Positions 49,728 to 63,365 of a DNA stretch of 64,000 nt are shown one piece after another. Where the stretch lies: positions 3,482,151-3,546,150 of the forward strand of contig NC_069003.1 in NCBI RefSeq assembly GCF_001194135.2, in the 5' to 3' direction. How positions within the stretch are numbered: position 1 is the stretch's first letter; every line of letters begins with the position of its first letter. Made by a program: the position numbers and the translations under genes. Origin of the DNA: Octopus bimaculoides. Lineage: Eukaryota. The notes beneath the pieces are model-generated. The model ran no database searches and was not told the DNA's origin. It saw only the letters and a list, made by a program, of their open reading frames with translations.

Positions 49728-52700
49728 ATACGTACGTATGTACAAACGACAGAACCAACGTACGTACGAATGGAAGAACCCACAAACGAACAAAAGAAGG
49801 AAGGAGCGAAAGAAAAAAACGTACGTACGCACGAACGAGCGTAGGAACGTACGTACGTATGTACGAAGGAACGAACGAACTAAAGAAAGTACGTACGTAC
49901 GTACGTACAAACTTATATACGTACGTACGTATGTATGTATGAACGAACGTACGTACGTACGGACGAACGTTATGTACGAAGGAACGAAAGAACGAGGAAA
50001 CGAACGTACCTCAGTACGTACGTACATATGAAACAACGAACGTGTGTACGTACGAACGAATAAACGAACGGAAGCATCTACATAGGTCCGCACGTACGAA
50101 CGAAGGAACGAACGGGCGAATGAACGTACGAACGAAGGAACGAACGGGCGAATGAACGTACGAACGAACGATAGTACGTACGTACGTACAAACGAAGGAA
50201 CGCAATGAAGGAACGTTCGTATGTACGAAAGAAAGAACAACCGAACGAACAAAAGAAGGAACGAACGAAAGAACAAACGTACGTACATAAGTACGTAGCC
50301 ACAAACGATTGAAAAAAACGAACGTACGAACGTATTTACGTACGTAGGTACGTACGCACGAACGAGCGTAGGAACGTACGTACGTAGGTTCGAAGGAACG
50401 AACAAATGAACTAAAGAAAGAACGTACGAATGCACAAAAGAACGATCGAACGTACGCACGTAAGTATTTACGAACCAATGTATGTACGAACGACCGAACG
50501 AACGAAAGAACGAACGAAGGAACGGTCGTACGTACGAACGTAACTCAGTACGTACGTACGTATAAACGAATGTATGTACGTACGTACGAACGAACGAATG
50601 CATCTACATACGCCCACACGTACGAACGAAGGACCGAACGGGCAAATGAACGTACGTACGTATGTACGAACGAACGAAAGTACGTACAAACGAAAGAAAT
50701 GAAGGAACAAACGAACGTTCTTACGAACGAACTTGCGTGCGTACGTACGTACGTACGAACGAAAGGACAACCGAAAGAACGAACCTACGTGCGTACGAAT
50801 GCACGGACGGACGTTATGTCCGAAGGAACGAACGATCTTATGTACGAACGTACCTCAGTACATACGTACATATGAACGAACGAGCGGACGTACGAACAAA
50901 AGCACCTACATACGTCCGCACGTACGAACGAAGGGACGAACGGGAAAATGAACGTATGTACGAAAGTACCAACAAACGAACGAACGAAATGAAGGAACGA
51001 ACGAACGTACGTATGTACGAACGAACGACCGAACTCAAGAACGAACGTAGGAACGTACGTTATGACGAACGAACTTGCGTAAATATGTACGTACGAACGA
51101 CCGAACGAAAGGACTACCGAAAGAACGAACGCACGTACGTACCTACGAATGGTAGAACCCAAGAAGGAACGAAGGACAGAACAAAAGTACGTACTCACGC
51201 ACGAACGAACGTACGTACATACGAACGAACGTTATGTCCGAAGACACGAACGTACAATCGTACGTACGTACGAACGAACAAGGAAACGAACGTACCTCAG
51301 TAAGTACGTACGTACGTATGAAAGAACGAACGAACGTATGTATATACGTACCTACGAACGAACGAATAAACGAACGAAAGCATCTACATACGTCCGCACA
51401 TACGAACGAAAGAACGAACGGGCGAATGAACGCTTGTACGAACGAACGATAGTATTTACGTACGAGCGAACGTACATATGTACGAACGAACGGACGAAGG
51501 AACTTACGTACGTACGTACGAACGAACTAAATATCGTATGTACGTAATTGCGTATGTACGATCGAACGAACGTACGTACTTAAGTACCTACGTACGAAAG
51601 AACGAACGTAGAAATGTACGTTCGTACGAGCGAAAGTTAGTACGAACGAAAGAACGAACGTAGACCGAACGAAAGAACGAACGTACGTACATACGTACCA
51701 ACGAACGACCGAACGTACTTTCGTACGTACAAACGAACGTACGTACTTGCGTACGAATGGGCGAACAATCCAACGAACGTACGTACGTAGGTACTAACGA
51801 ATGTACGTACTTACGAACGAACGAATGTACGTATGTACAAACGTACGTACGTAAGTACTTACGAACGAACGTATGTACGTACGAACGAATGAACGAACGA
51901 ACGAACGATCGTTCTTAAGTACGTATGTACATACGAACGAAGGAACTACCGAACGAACGTACGTACGTAAATTAGTGCGTATGAGCGAACGAACGAATGT
52001 ACCTATCTACGTACGAATGGAGAAACAAATGTATATACGTGCGTACGAATGAACCAACGAAAGAACTAACGAACGAACTTACGCACGTAAATACGTATGA
52101 AAGATCGAACGAACGTACGAAATAACGAACACTCGTACGTACGTAGGTACGAAAGAATGAGTGAATGTACGTTCGTAAGTACGTGCGTACGAACGAACGT
52201 ACGTAAGACCGGACCAAAGAACGAACGATCGAACAAACAAAAGAAAGAAAGAATGAAGGAACGAACGAACGTAAGTAGGTACGAAAGAAAGAACGAACGA
52301 ACGAGGAAACGAACGTACGTAAGTACGTACGTACGAAAGGACGAACGATCGAACGAACGAACGTATGTACGGTCGGACGAACGAATAAATGAACGAAAGC
52401 ATCTACATACCTCCGTACGTAAGAACGAGCGAATGAACGTATGTACGAACGAACGATAGTACGTACATACGTACTAACGAACGATAGTAAATACATACTA
52501 ACTAACGAATGAAGGAACGTACGTACGTACGAATTCACAATGATGGAACAAACGAACGTACGTACGAACGAACGAAAGAACAAACGAACGTACGTACGAA
52601 CGAAAGAACAAACGAACGTACGTACGAACGAAAGAACAAACGAACGTACGTACGAACGAAAGGAAGAACCCACGAACGAATAAAAGAAGGAACGAACGAA

Positions 52701-55700
52701 TAAAAGAACCCACGAACGAATAAAAGAAGGAACGAACGAATAAAAGAACCCACGAACGAATAAAAGAACCCACGAACGAATAAAAGAAGGAACGAACGAA
52801 AGAACAAAGCGTACGTACGAACGTACGTACATACGTACGTAAGTACGTTCGCACGCACGAACGAGCGTAGGAACGTACGTACGTAGGTACGAATGAACGA
52901 ACGAACAAAGGAACTAAAGAAAGAACGTACGTACGTACGAATGGAAGAAAGAACGAACGTACGTACGCACGTACGTACGTATGTTCGAACAAATGAACGA
53001 ACGTATGTATGAACGAACTACGTGCGTACGGACGAACGTACGTTATGTACGAAGCAACGAACGAACGATGAAACGAACGTACCTCAGTACGTACGTACGT
53101 ATGAAAGAACGAACGAACGCATGTACGTACGTATGTACGAACGAAAGAATAAACGAACGACAGCATCTACATAGGTCCGCACGTACGAACGAAGGAACGT
53201 ACGTACGTACGAACGAACGAAAGAACGTACCTACGTTATTACGTATGTACGATCGAACGAACGAACGCAAGAACAAACGTAGGAACGTACGTTCTTACAA
53301 ACGAAATATACGGATGGACTTGCATACATACGTACGTATGTGCGAAAGAACGTACGTACAAATGCACGAAAGAACGAACAAATGTTATTTCCGATGGAAC
53401 GAATGATCGTACGTACGAACGTACTTCAGTACGTACGTACGTATGAAAGAACGAACGAAAGAACTTATGAATGTACGTACGAACGAACGCAAGAACGAAC
53501 GTTGGAACGTACGTTCTTACGAACGAACTTGCGTAAATACGTACGTACGAACGACCGAACGAATGTACGTACGAACGAAAGAATGAACGTACATAAGTAC
53601 GTCCGAATGGAAGAACCCACGACCGAACAAAAGAAGGAACGAACGAAAGAACAAACATACGTACGTACGTACTTATGAACGAACGAACGAATGTACGTAC
53701 GTACGGATGGAAGAACCCACGAACGAACAAACGAAGGAACGAACGAAAGAACAAACGTACGTACGTAAGTACTTACGAACGAACTAACAAACAAACGTAC
53801 GTACATACGTACCCACATACGTACGCACGAACGAACGATCGAAAGAACGAACGTACGAACGAACGTACGAAGGTATGTACGTACGTAAGTACTAACGAGC
53901 GTAGAAACGTACGTACGTAGGTTTGAAGGAACGAACAAATGAACAAAAGAAAGAACGTAAGTACGTACGTACGAATGCACGATCGAACGAACGTACATCC
54001 GAAAGTATTTACGAACGAAAGAACGAATGTACGTACGTATGTACGTACGTACGAACGAATAAACGAACGAAAGCATCTACTTACTTACGTCCGCACGTAC
54101 GAACGAAGGAAGGAACGGGCGAAGGAACGTACGTACGTATGAACGAACGAACGAAAGAAATGAAGGAACGAGCGAATGTACGAACAAACGAATGTACGTA
54201 TGTACGAACGTAGGACCGAACGAACGAACAAACGCAAGAACAAACGCAAGAACGAACGTAGGAACGTACGTCCTTACGAACGAAAGAACGAACGTACGTA
54301 TGTACGTACGAATGGAAGAACCCATGAAGGAAAGAACGAAAGTACAAAAGTACGTACGTACTTACGAACGAAGTAACGAACGTGGGAAGGTACGAATGAA
54401 CGAACGTACGAACGTATGTACGTACGTAAGTACGTACGCACGAACAAACGAACGTAGAATGGTACGAAGGAAAGTAAGAACGAAAGAATTATTGAACAAA
54501 CGAACGTACGTACGGACGAACGTGCGTGCGTACGTACGTACGTAGGAAATAACGAAAGAACGTACGAATTAATAAAAGAACGTACGTACGAACGAACAAA
54601 TGAATAAACGTACGTACGTAATTACGTCCGAACGAACGAACGTATGTACGAAGGAACGAAAGAACAAACGTACGTACGTATAACGTAGGGAGGAAATAAC
54701 GAAAGAGCGTACGTACGTACGTACGAACGAACGAATGTACATACGTATGAACGAACAAACGTACGTACGTACGAACAAACGAATAAACGTTGCTACGTAC
54801 TTACGACCGAACGAACGAATGAATGTACGTAGGAAGGAACGAACGTACTTACGTACGTACGTGCGGTCGAACGAACTTACGTACGTATGAACTATAGAAA
54901 GTACGTACGTACGTATGTACAAACAAATGAAAGAACGAACGTACGTACGTATGTAGGAATGAACGTACGTACGTACATACGTAGTTACGTTTGTACGAAC
55001 GAATGTACATACGTTCGTAGGAACAAACGTACGTACGAACGAACGATCGAACGAACATACGTACGAACGTACGTGCGTACGTACGTACGTACGTAGTTAC
55101 GATCGTACGAACGAACGAAGGAACGTACGTAGGCAGGAAATGCGAAAGAACGTACGAACGTACGTACGAACGTACGTACGAACGTACGAACGTACGTACG
55201 AACGTACGTACAAACGTACGTACAAACGTACGTACGAACGTACGTACGAACGTACGTACGAACGTACGTACGAACGTACGTACGAACGTACGTACGAACG
55301 TACGTACGAACGTACGAACGTACGTACGAACGTACGTACGTACGAACGTACGAACGTACGTACGTACGAACGTACGTACGTACGAACGTACGTACGTACG
55401 AACGTACGAACTAACGTACGAACTAACGTACGTACGTACGTACGAACGTACGTACGAACGTACGTACGAACTAACGTACGTACGAACGTACGTACGAACG
55501 TACGTACGAACGTACGTACGAATGAACAAACGAACGAACGTACGTACGTAGACAGGATATAACGAAGGAACGAACGTGCGAACAAGGGAACGAACGTACT
55601 TACGTACGTACGTGCAGTCGAATGAACGTACGTACGTATGTACAAACAAATGAAAGAACAAACGTACCTACGTAAGTACGAACGAACGAACGTACGTTCG

Positions 55701-58700
55701 CATTTAAGAAATAACGAAAGAACGTAAGTACGTACGAACGAGCAATCGAAAGAATTAAAGAACGAACGTACTTATGTAAGTAAGAACGAACGAATTGACG
55801 AAAGATCTTACGTACGTACGTAAGGTTGAACCAAAGAAATTACGAACGAGCTTACATAGGTACTTACGTAGTTACGTTTGTACGAACGTACGTACGTACG
55901 TACGTAAGAACGAACGAACGAACGAAGGTACGTACATACGAACGTAGGAACGACAGAACGAACGAACGAACGTACGTACGTGCGAAGGAAAGAACGAATG
56001 AACGAACGATCGAAGGAACATAGGTACGAAAGAACGAACGAATGAACTAACAAACGTACGTAGTTACGATCGTACGAACGAACGAACGTACGTAGGCAGG
56101 AAATAGCGAAAGAATGTACGTACGTACAAACGAACGACCGTAAGTACGAAGGAATGAACGAACGTACGTATTTCGTATGCAGGAAATAATGATAGAGGGT
56201 ACCTAACTAAAAACGAACGTTCGTACGTAAAAACGAACGAACGAACGTATGTATGAACGAACAAATGTGCGTACGTACGAACAAAGGAACGTACGTACGT
56301 AGGAACGAACGCACAAACGATCGTACGTACGTAAGAACGAACAAACGAACGTACTTACGTACGAACGTACGGACGAACCAACGAATGTACGCACGTACGA
56401 AGGATCGACCGAACGTACATACGTATGTACGAACGAATAATAGAATGAATGTACGTACGTAAGTACGATCGAACGTACATATATACGTACGTACGAACGA
56501 ACAAATGAACGAACGAACGTATGTAGGCAGTCAAGAAATAACGAAAGAACGTACGTACGAACGAACGTACGTTCAAACGAACAATCGAACGAATTAAAGA
56601 ACGAACGATCGAACGTACGTAAGTACGTACGTACGAATGAAGGAAAGAACGGACGAACGTACGTACGTAGCTGCGTTCGTATGAAAGAACTAACGAACGT
56701 ACGTATATACGAATGAGTGAGCGGGCGTACGTACATACGAATGAAGGAACGAACCAACGGACGAACGAACGAACGAACGTTCGTACGTACGTAGGCAGGA
56801 AATAACGAAAGAACGTACGAACGAACGTACGTATGAACGAACAAACGTGCGCACGTTCCAAAAAACAAACGACCGAACGAACGTACGCAGGTAGGAAGGA
56901 AAAACGGACGTACTTACGTACGTACGTGCTGTCGAACGAACGAACTTACGTACGTATGAACGATCGAACGATTGTACGTACGTATGTACAAACAAATGAA
57001 AGAAGGAACGTACGTACGTAAGTACGAACGAACGTACAAATATACGTACGTAAGTACGAACGAACGTACAAATATACGTACGTACGTACGAACGATTGAA
57101 CGAACGAACGTACGTACGCATTTAAGAAATAACGAAAGAACGTAAGCACGTACGAACGAAGGTACGTACGTACGTAGGCAGGAAATAACGAATGGACGTA
57201 CGTACGTACGTACGAACTAACGTACGGACGTATTACGTAGGCAGGAATTTACGAAAGAACGTACGTACGAGAAAAAGGAACGAACGAACGAAAGTACGTA
57301 TGTACGTACATACGAAAGAACGAACGAACGATCGTACGTACGTAAATACGTACGTAGCATCGACCGTAAGAACGAACGTCGGTACGTACGAATGAACGAA
57401 CGATCGAACAAACATACGTACGAACAAACGAACGAACGTACGTACGAACAAACGAATGAACGAAGGAACGAACGTACGTAGGCAGGAAATAACGAAAGAA
57501 TAACGTATTTACGATCGTACGAACGAACGTACGTAGGCAGGAATTAGCGAAAGTACGAACGAACGAACGAACGTACGTACGAACGAACGTAAGTACGAAG
57601 GAATGAACGAACGTACGTATTACGTAGGCAGGAAATAACGAAAGAGCGTACCTAACTAAAAACGAACGTGCGTACGTAAAAACGAACGAACGTACGAACG
57701 AACGAACGTATGTATGAACGAACAAATGTGTGTACTTACGAACAAATGAACAAACGTACTGTTGTAAGTAAGAACGAACGAATTAACGACCGATCGTACG
57801 CACGTACGTACAAATGAACGAAAGAACGGAGGAACGAAAGAACGAACAAACGAAAGAATGATCGAACGTAGTACGTACGTAGTTACGTTCGTAAGAACGA
57901 ACGAACAAACGTACGTACGTACGAACAAACGTAAGTAAGAACGAACGAATTAACGAACGATCATACGTACGTACGAAAGAACGAACGTACGAACGAACGA
58001 TCGGACGTACGTAAATACATACGTAGCATCGACCGAAAGAACGAACGTACATACGTACGAATGAACGATCGAACAAACAAACATACGAACGAACGAACGA
58101 ACGTTCGTACGAACGAACGTACGTACGAATGAACGAAGGAACGAACGTACGTAGGCAGGAAATAACGGAAGAACGTGTGTATTACGTAGGAAGGAAATAC
58201 CGAAAGAACTTTCGTACGAATATACATATGAACGAAAAAAGTGCGAACGAACGAACGAAATTACGTGCGTACGTATGAACGACCGAACGTACGTACGTAT
58301 GTACGAACGAATGAATGAACGAACGTACGTACGTTAGTACGAACGAGCGCACATATATAAGTACGCACGTACGAACGATTGAACGAAAGAACGTACGTAC
58401 GAACGAACGTACGTACAAACAAAAGTACGTAAGCAGGCAAGAAATAACGAAAGAACGTACGTACGTAAGAACGAACAACCGAACGAAGTAAAGAACGAAC
58501 GATCGTACGTACATACGTACGTACGTACGAACGAACGAACGTGCGTACGTACGTAGGCAGGAAATAACGAATGAACGTACGAACGAACGAATAAATGAAC
58601 GAACGTACGAACGAACGAACATACGTATGTTCGTAAGAGCGAACCAACGCACAAACGAATAAACTTACGTACGTACTTATGTCCGAACGAACGAACGTAC

Positions 58701-61700
58701 GTACGTACGTACGAACGAACGTACGTACGTACGTACGTACGAACGAACGAACGAACCTACGTACGAACAAACGAACGTACGATGGCACGAAATAAAGAAA
58801 GAACGTACGAACGAAGAAACGAGCAAACAAACGAACGTGCATATGTACGTTGGCAGGAAATAACTAAAGAAAGTACAAACGAACGAACGAATGAATGAAT
58901 GAACGAACGAACGAACGAACATACGTACGTACGTAAGAACAAACGAACGAATAAACGTACGTACGTACGAACGAAGGAACGAACGTACTTACGTACGGAC
59001 GTACGTATTAACGAACAAAGGAACGAACGTAGTTACGTACGGATGAAAGAACGAACTTTCGAACGTACGTACGTACGAACAAACGTACATATATTCGTAC
59101 CGACGTTCGTTCGTACGATCGTTCGTACATACGTACGTACGTAGGCAGGAAATAACGAAAGAACGTACTAACGAACGTACGTACGAACGAACATACGTAC
59201 AAACGAACGTATGTACGTATTACGTAGGCAGGAATTAACGAAAGAACGTACTACTTACGAAAGAAGAAACGAACGTACGTACGGACGGACGAACGAACAT
59301 ACGTACGTACGTAGGTATGAACGATCGAACGAACGTACTACGTATATACGAACGAACGAACGTACGAACGACCATACGTACGAACAAACGTACGTACGAA
59401 CGAACATACGTACAAACGAACGTATGTACGTATTACGTAGGTAGGAATTAACGAAAGAACGTACGTACGAAAGAAGAAGCGAACGTACGTACGTAAGTTG
59501 GAAGGAACGAACGAACGAACTAACGTACGTAAGTACGAACGAACGTGCGTACGTATTAGGTAGACAAGAAATATCCAAAGAANNNNNNNNNNNNNNNNNN
59601 NNNNNNNNNNNNNNNNNNNNNNNNNNNNNNNNNNNNNNNNNNNNNNNNNNNNNNNNNNNNNNNNNNNNNNNNNNNNNNNNNNTTCGTCCGTACGTACATA
59701 CGTATGAAGGATCGAACGAACGAACATACGTATGTACAAACGAATGGAAGAACGAACGTACGTACGTAAGTACGAACGAACGTACATATATACGTACGTA
59801 CGAATGAACGATAGAACGAACGAACGTACGTTTGTTGGCACGTACGAACCTACGTTCTTTCGTTAATTCCTGCCTACGTAGTACGTTCGTTGGTACATTC
59901 GTTCGTACGTTCGTTCGTCTATATGTTCGTTCCAACGTTCGTTCTTTCGTTCGTTCGTTCGTTCATTCCTTCGTACGTACGTTCGTTCTTTCCTACGTAC
60001 CTTATGTATGTACGTTCGTTCGTTTGTTGGTTCGTTCTTACGAACGTAACTACGTACGTACTACGTTCGTTCATTCTTTCGTTTGTTCGTACGTACGCAA
60101 GTTTGTTCGTTCAAACGTACGTTCGTTCGTTATTTCCTGCCTACGTACGTACGTTCAATCGTTTGTTCTTTCGTTTGTTCGTTCGTATGTGCGTTCGTTT
60201 GTTCCTGCGTTCGTTGGTACGTACGTATGCACTACGTACGTTGGTTTGTTCGTTCGTACGTGTGTTTGTTCGATCGTTCGTTCGTTCGTTTGTTCGTTCG
60301 TTCATTCGTACGTAACTACGTACGTAATTACGTTGTTCGTTCTTTAGTTCTATCGTTCATTTGCACGTATGTGCGTACGATCGTTCGTTAATTTGTTTGT
60401 TCTTACTTACGTATGTACGTTCGTTCTTTAATTCGTTCGATTGTTCATTCGTACGTACGTTCGTTCGTACGTACGACCGTTCTTTTGTTATTTCGTGCCT
60501 GCGTACGTACATTCCTACGTACGTACGTTCGTTCGTTCAATCGTTCGTACGTACGTACGTATATATGTACGTTTGTTCGTACTTACGTACGTACGTTCGT
60601 TCTTTCATTCGTTCGTACATACGTACGTACGTTCGTTCGATCGGTCATACGTACGTCCCTACGTATGTGCGTAAGTACGTTCGTTTGTTCGTTCGTATGA
60701 ACGTACGTTCGTTTGTTCGTTCGTTCCTTCGTACGTACGTAAGTACGTTCGTTCGTTCGTTCGTACGATCTTAACTACGTACGTACGTACGTTCGTTCGT
60801 TCTTTCGTTCCTTCGTTCATTCATTCGTACGTACGATCTCTCGTTAATTCGTTCGTTCTTACTTACGTAAGTACGTTCTTTCTGTTGTTCGTTCGTACGT
60901 ACCTATATACGTACGTACGTTCTTCCGTTCGTACTTACGATCGTTTGTACGTTCGTTCGTTTCCTCGTTCGTACGTACGTACGAATGCCTGTTTTTTCGC
61001 TCGTTCGTTCGTTCTTTCATTAGTTCATTCGTACGTACGTTTGTTCTTTCGTTTTTTCTTCATACGTACGTTTTTCCTTTATACGTACGTATTTTCATTC
61101 GTTCGCTCATTCATTCTTTTGTTCGTTCGTTCGTACGTACGTTCGTCTGTTCATTTGTACGTACGTATGGACGTATAAACGTTCGTTCGCTGAATCGTTC
61201 GTTCGTTCGTTCGTTTGTTCATACGTACGAACGTACGTTCGTTATTTCGTTCATACGTTCCTCCGCACGTACGTTTGTTCGTTCGTACGTACTTTCCTTC
61301 GTTAATTCCTGCTTACGTAATGCGTAAGTACGTTCGTTCGTACGTACGTTCTTTCGTTCGTACATGTGTTCGTTCGTTCGTTAGTTCGGTTGTTCATTCG
61401 TTCGTACGTACGTACGTTCGTTCGTATGTACGTACGTTTGTTCGTTTGTTCCGACGAACGTAACTACGTGCGTACGTACGTTCGTTCGTTCCTTCCTTCC
61501 TTCATTTGTACGTACGTACGATCTTTCGTTAATTCGTTCGTTCGTTCTTACGTTTGTTCTTTAATTCGTTCGATTGTTCGTTCGTACGTACGTAAGTTTT
61601 TCGTTCATCCGTTCGTACGTACGTAATTACGTTCCTTTGTTCGTTCGTTCGTACGTACGTACGTTCGTTCGTACGCACGTACGTTCTTTTGTTATTTCCT

Positions 61701-62949
61701 GCCTACGTAGTACGTTCGTTCTTTCGTTTATTCGTATGTACGTACGTCCGCTCGTTCGTCCGGCTGCTGCTACGTACGCATGTACGTACGTTCGTTCGGT
61801 TGTTCCTACGTACGTTATGTACGTNNNNNNNNNNNNNNNNNNNNNNNNNNNNNNNNNNNNNNNNNNNNNNNNNNNNNNNNNNNNNNNNNNNNNNNNNNNN
61901 NNNNNNNNNNNNNNNNNNNNNNNNNNNNNNNNNNNNNNNNNNNNNNNNNNNNNNNNNNNNNNNNNNNNNNNNNNNNNNNNNNNNNNNNNNNNNNNNNNNN
62001 NNNNNNNNNNNNNNNNNNNNNNNNNNNNNNNNNNNNNNNNNNNNNNNNNNNNNNNNNNNNNNNNNNNNNNNNNNNNNNNNNNNNNNNNNNNNNNNNNNNN
62101 NNNNNNNNNNNNNNNNNNNNNNNNNNNNNNNNNNNNNNNNNNNNNNNNNNNNNNNNNNNNNNNNNNNNNNNNNNNNNNNNNNNNNNNNNNNNNNNNNNNN
62201 NNCGTTCGTTTGTTCGTACGTACGTTTGTTCGTCCGTACTTACGTACGTTCTTTCGTTATTTCCTGCCTACGTATATGTACGTTCGTTCGTTCATTCCTT
62301 CGTACGTACATTCGTTCGTACGTAAATACGTTCTTTTGTTATTTCCTGCCTACGTACGTACGTTCGTTCTTTCGTTTATTCGTATGTACGTACGTCTGCT
62401 CGTTCGGCCGGCTGCTGCTACGTACGCATGTACGTACGTTCGTTCGTTCGTTCTTTCATACGAACGTAACTACGTACGTACGTTCGTTCTTTCGTTCTTT
62501 CCTGCATTCGTACGTTCGATCGTTCGTTAATTTGTTCGTTCTTACTTACGTAAGTACGTTCGTTCTTTAATTCGTTCGATCGTACGTACGTACGTTCTTT
62601 CGTAATTTCTTGACTGCGTACGTTCGTTCGTTCTTTCGTTCATTCGCACGTATGTGCGTACCATCGTTCGTTCGTTCTTACCTACGTAAATACGTTCGTT
62701 CTTTAATTCGTTCCATTGTTTTTTCGTACGTACGTGCGTTCTTTCTTGCCTGCGTACTTACATTCGTTCGTTCGTACGTACGTACGTATATATGTACGTT
62801 TGTTCGTACTTACGTACGTTCTTTCATTCGTTCGTACATACGTTCGTTCGTTCATACGTCCGGAGGTTCGTTCGTTCGTCCGTAAGTACGTTTGTTCGTT
62901 CGTACGATCGTAACTACGTACATCCCTTCTTTCATTCATTCGTACGTAC
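49728..62949. repeat. ~13.2 kb CpG-rich (ACGT/ACGA)n tetranucleotide-based satellite with higher-order structure and an internal inversion
   Basis: Built almost wholly from 4-nt words ACGT, ACGA, AAGA, AAGG, ACAA, ATGA and ATGT on + up to ~59830, then their complements. Two gaps (59583-59682, 61825-62202). Confidence 0.97.
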
Positions 62950-63254
62950 ACCTGACAGGAAGAGGTCCAGCCTTGTCTTGAAATATATATATATACATTT
63001 ATTTGTATAAATATATATATATTCATATATATTCATTTATATAAATATATATATATATATTCATTCATATATTTATATAAATATATATTTATCTCTATAT
63101 CTCTTTCTCTCGCTTTTTATTTCTGTCTTTCTCTCTCCATGGCTCATTATACTTTTCACTCTGTTGCTCGCTCTCTCTCTCTATATATATATAGATAAAT
63201 ATATATATAAATGGTGGAATGAGAGAGAGAGAGAGAGAAATAGAGAGAGGGAGA

Positions 63255-63314
<60 letters not shown>

Positions 63315-63317
63315 TAT

Positions 63318-63365
<48 letters not shown>

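Noticed and set aside
49404-63026. Dozens of long ORFs rich in YVRT/SFVR/RTNE (up to 399 aa)
   Set aside because: They follow from a 4-nt-periodic satellite that is poor in stop codons. They occur in all frames and both strands, with no domain or splice evidence.
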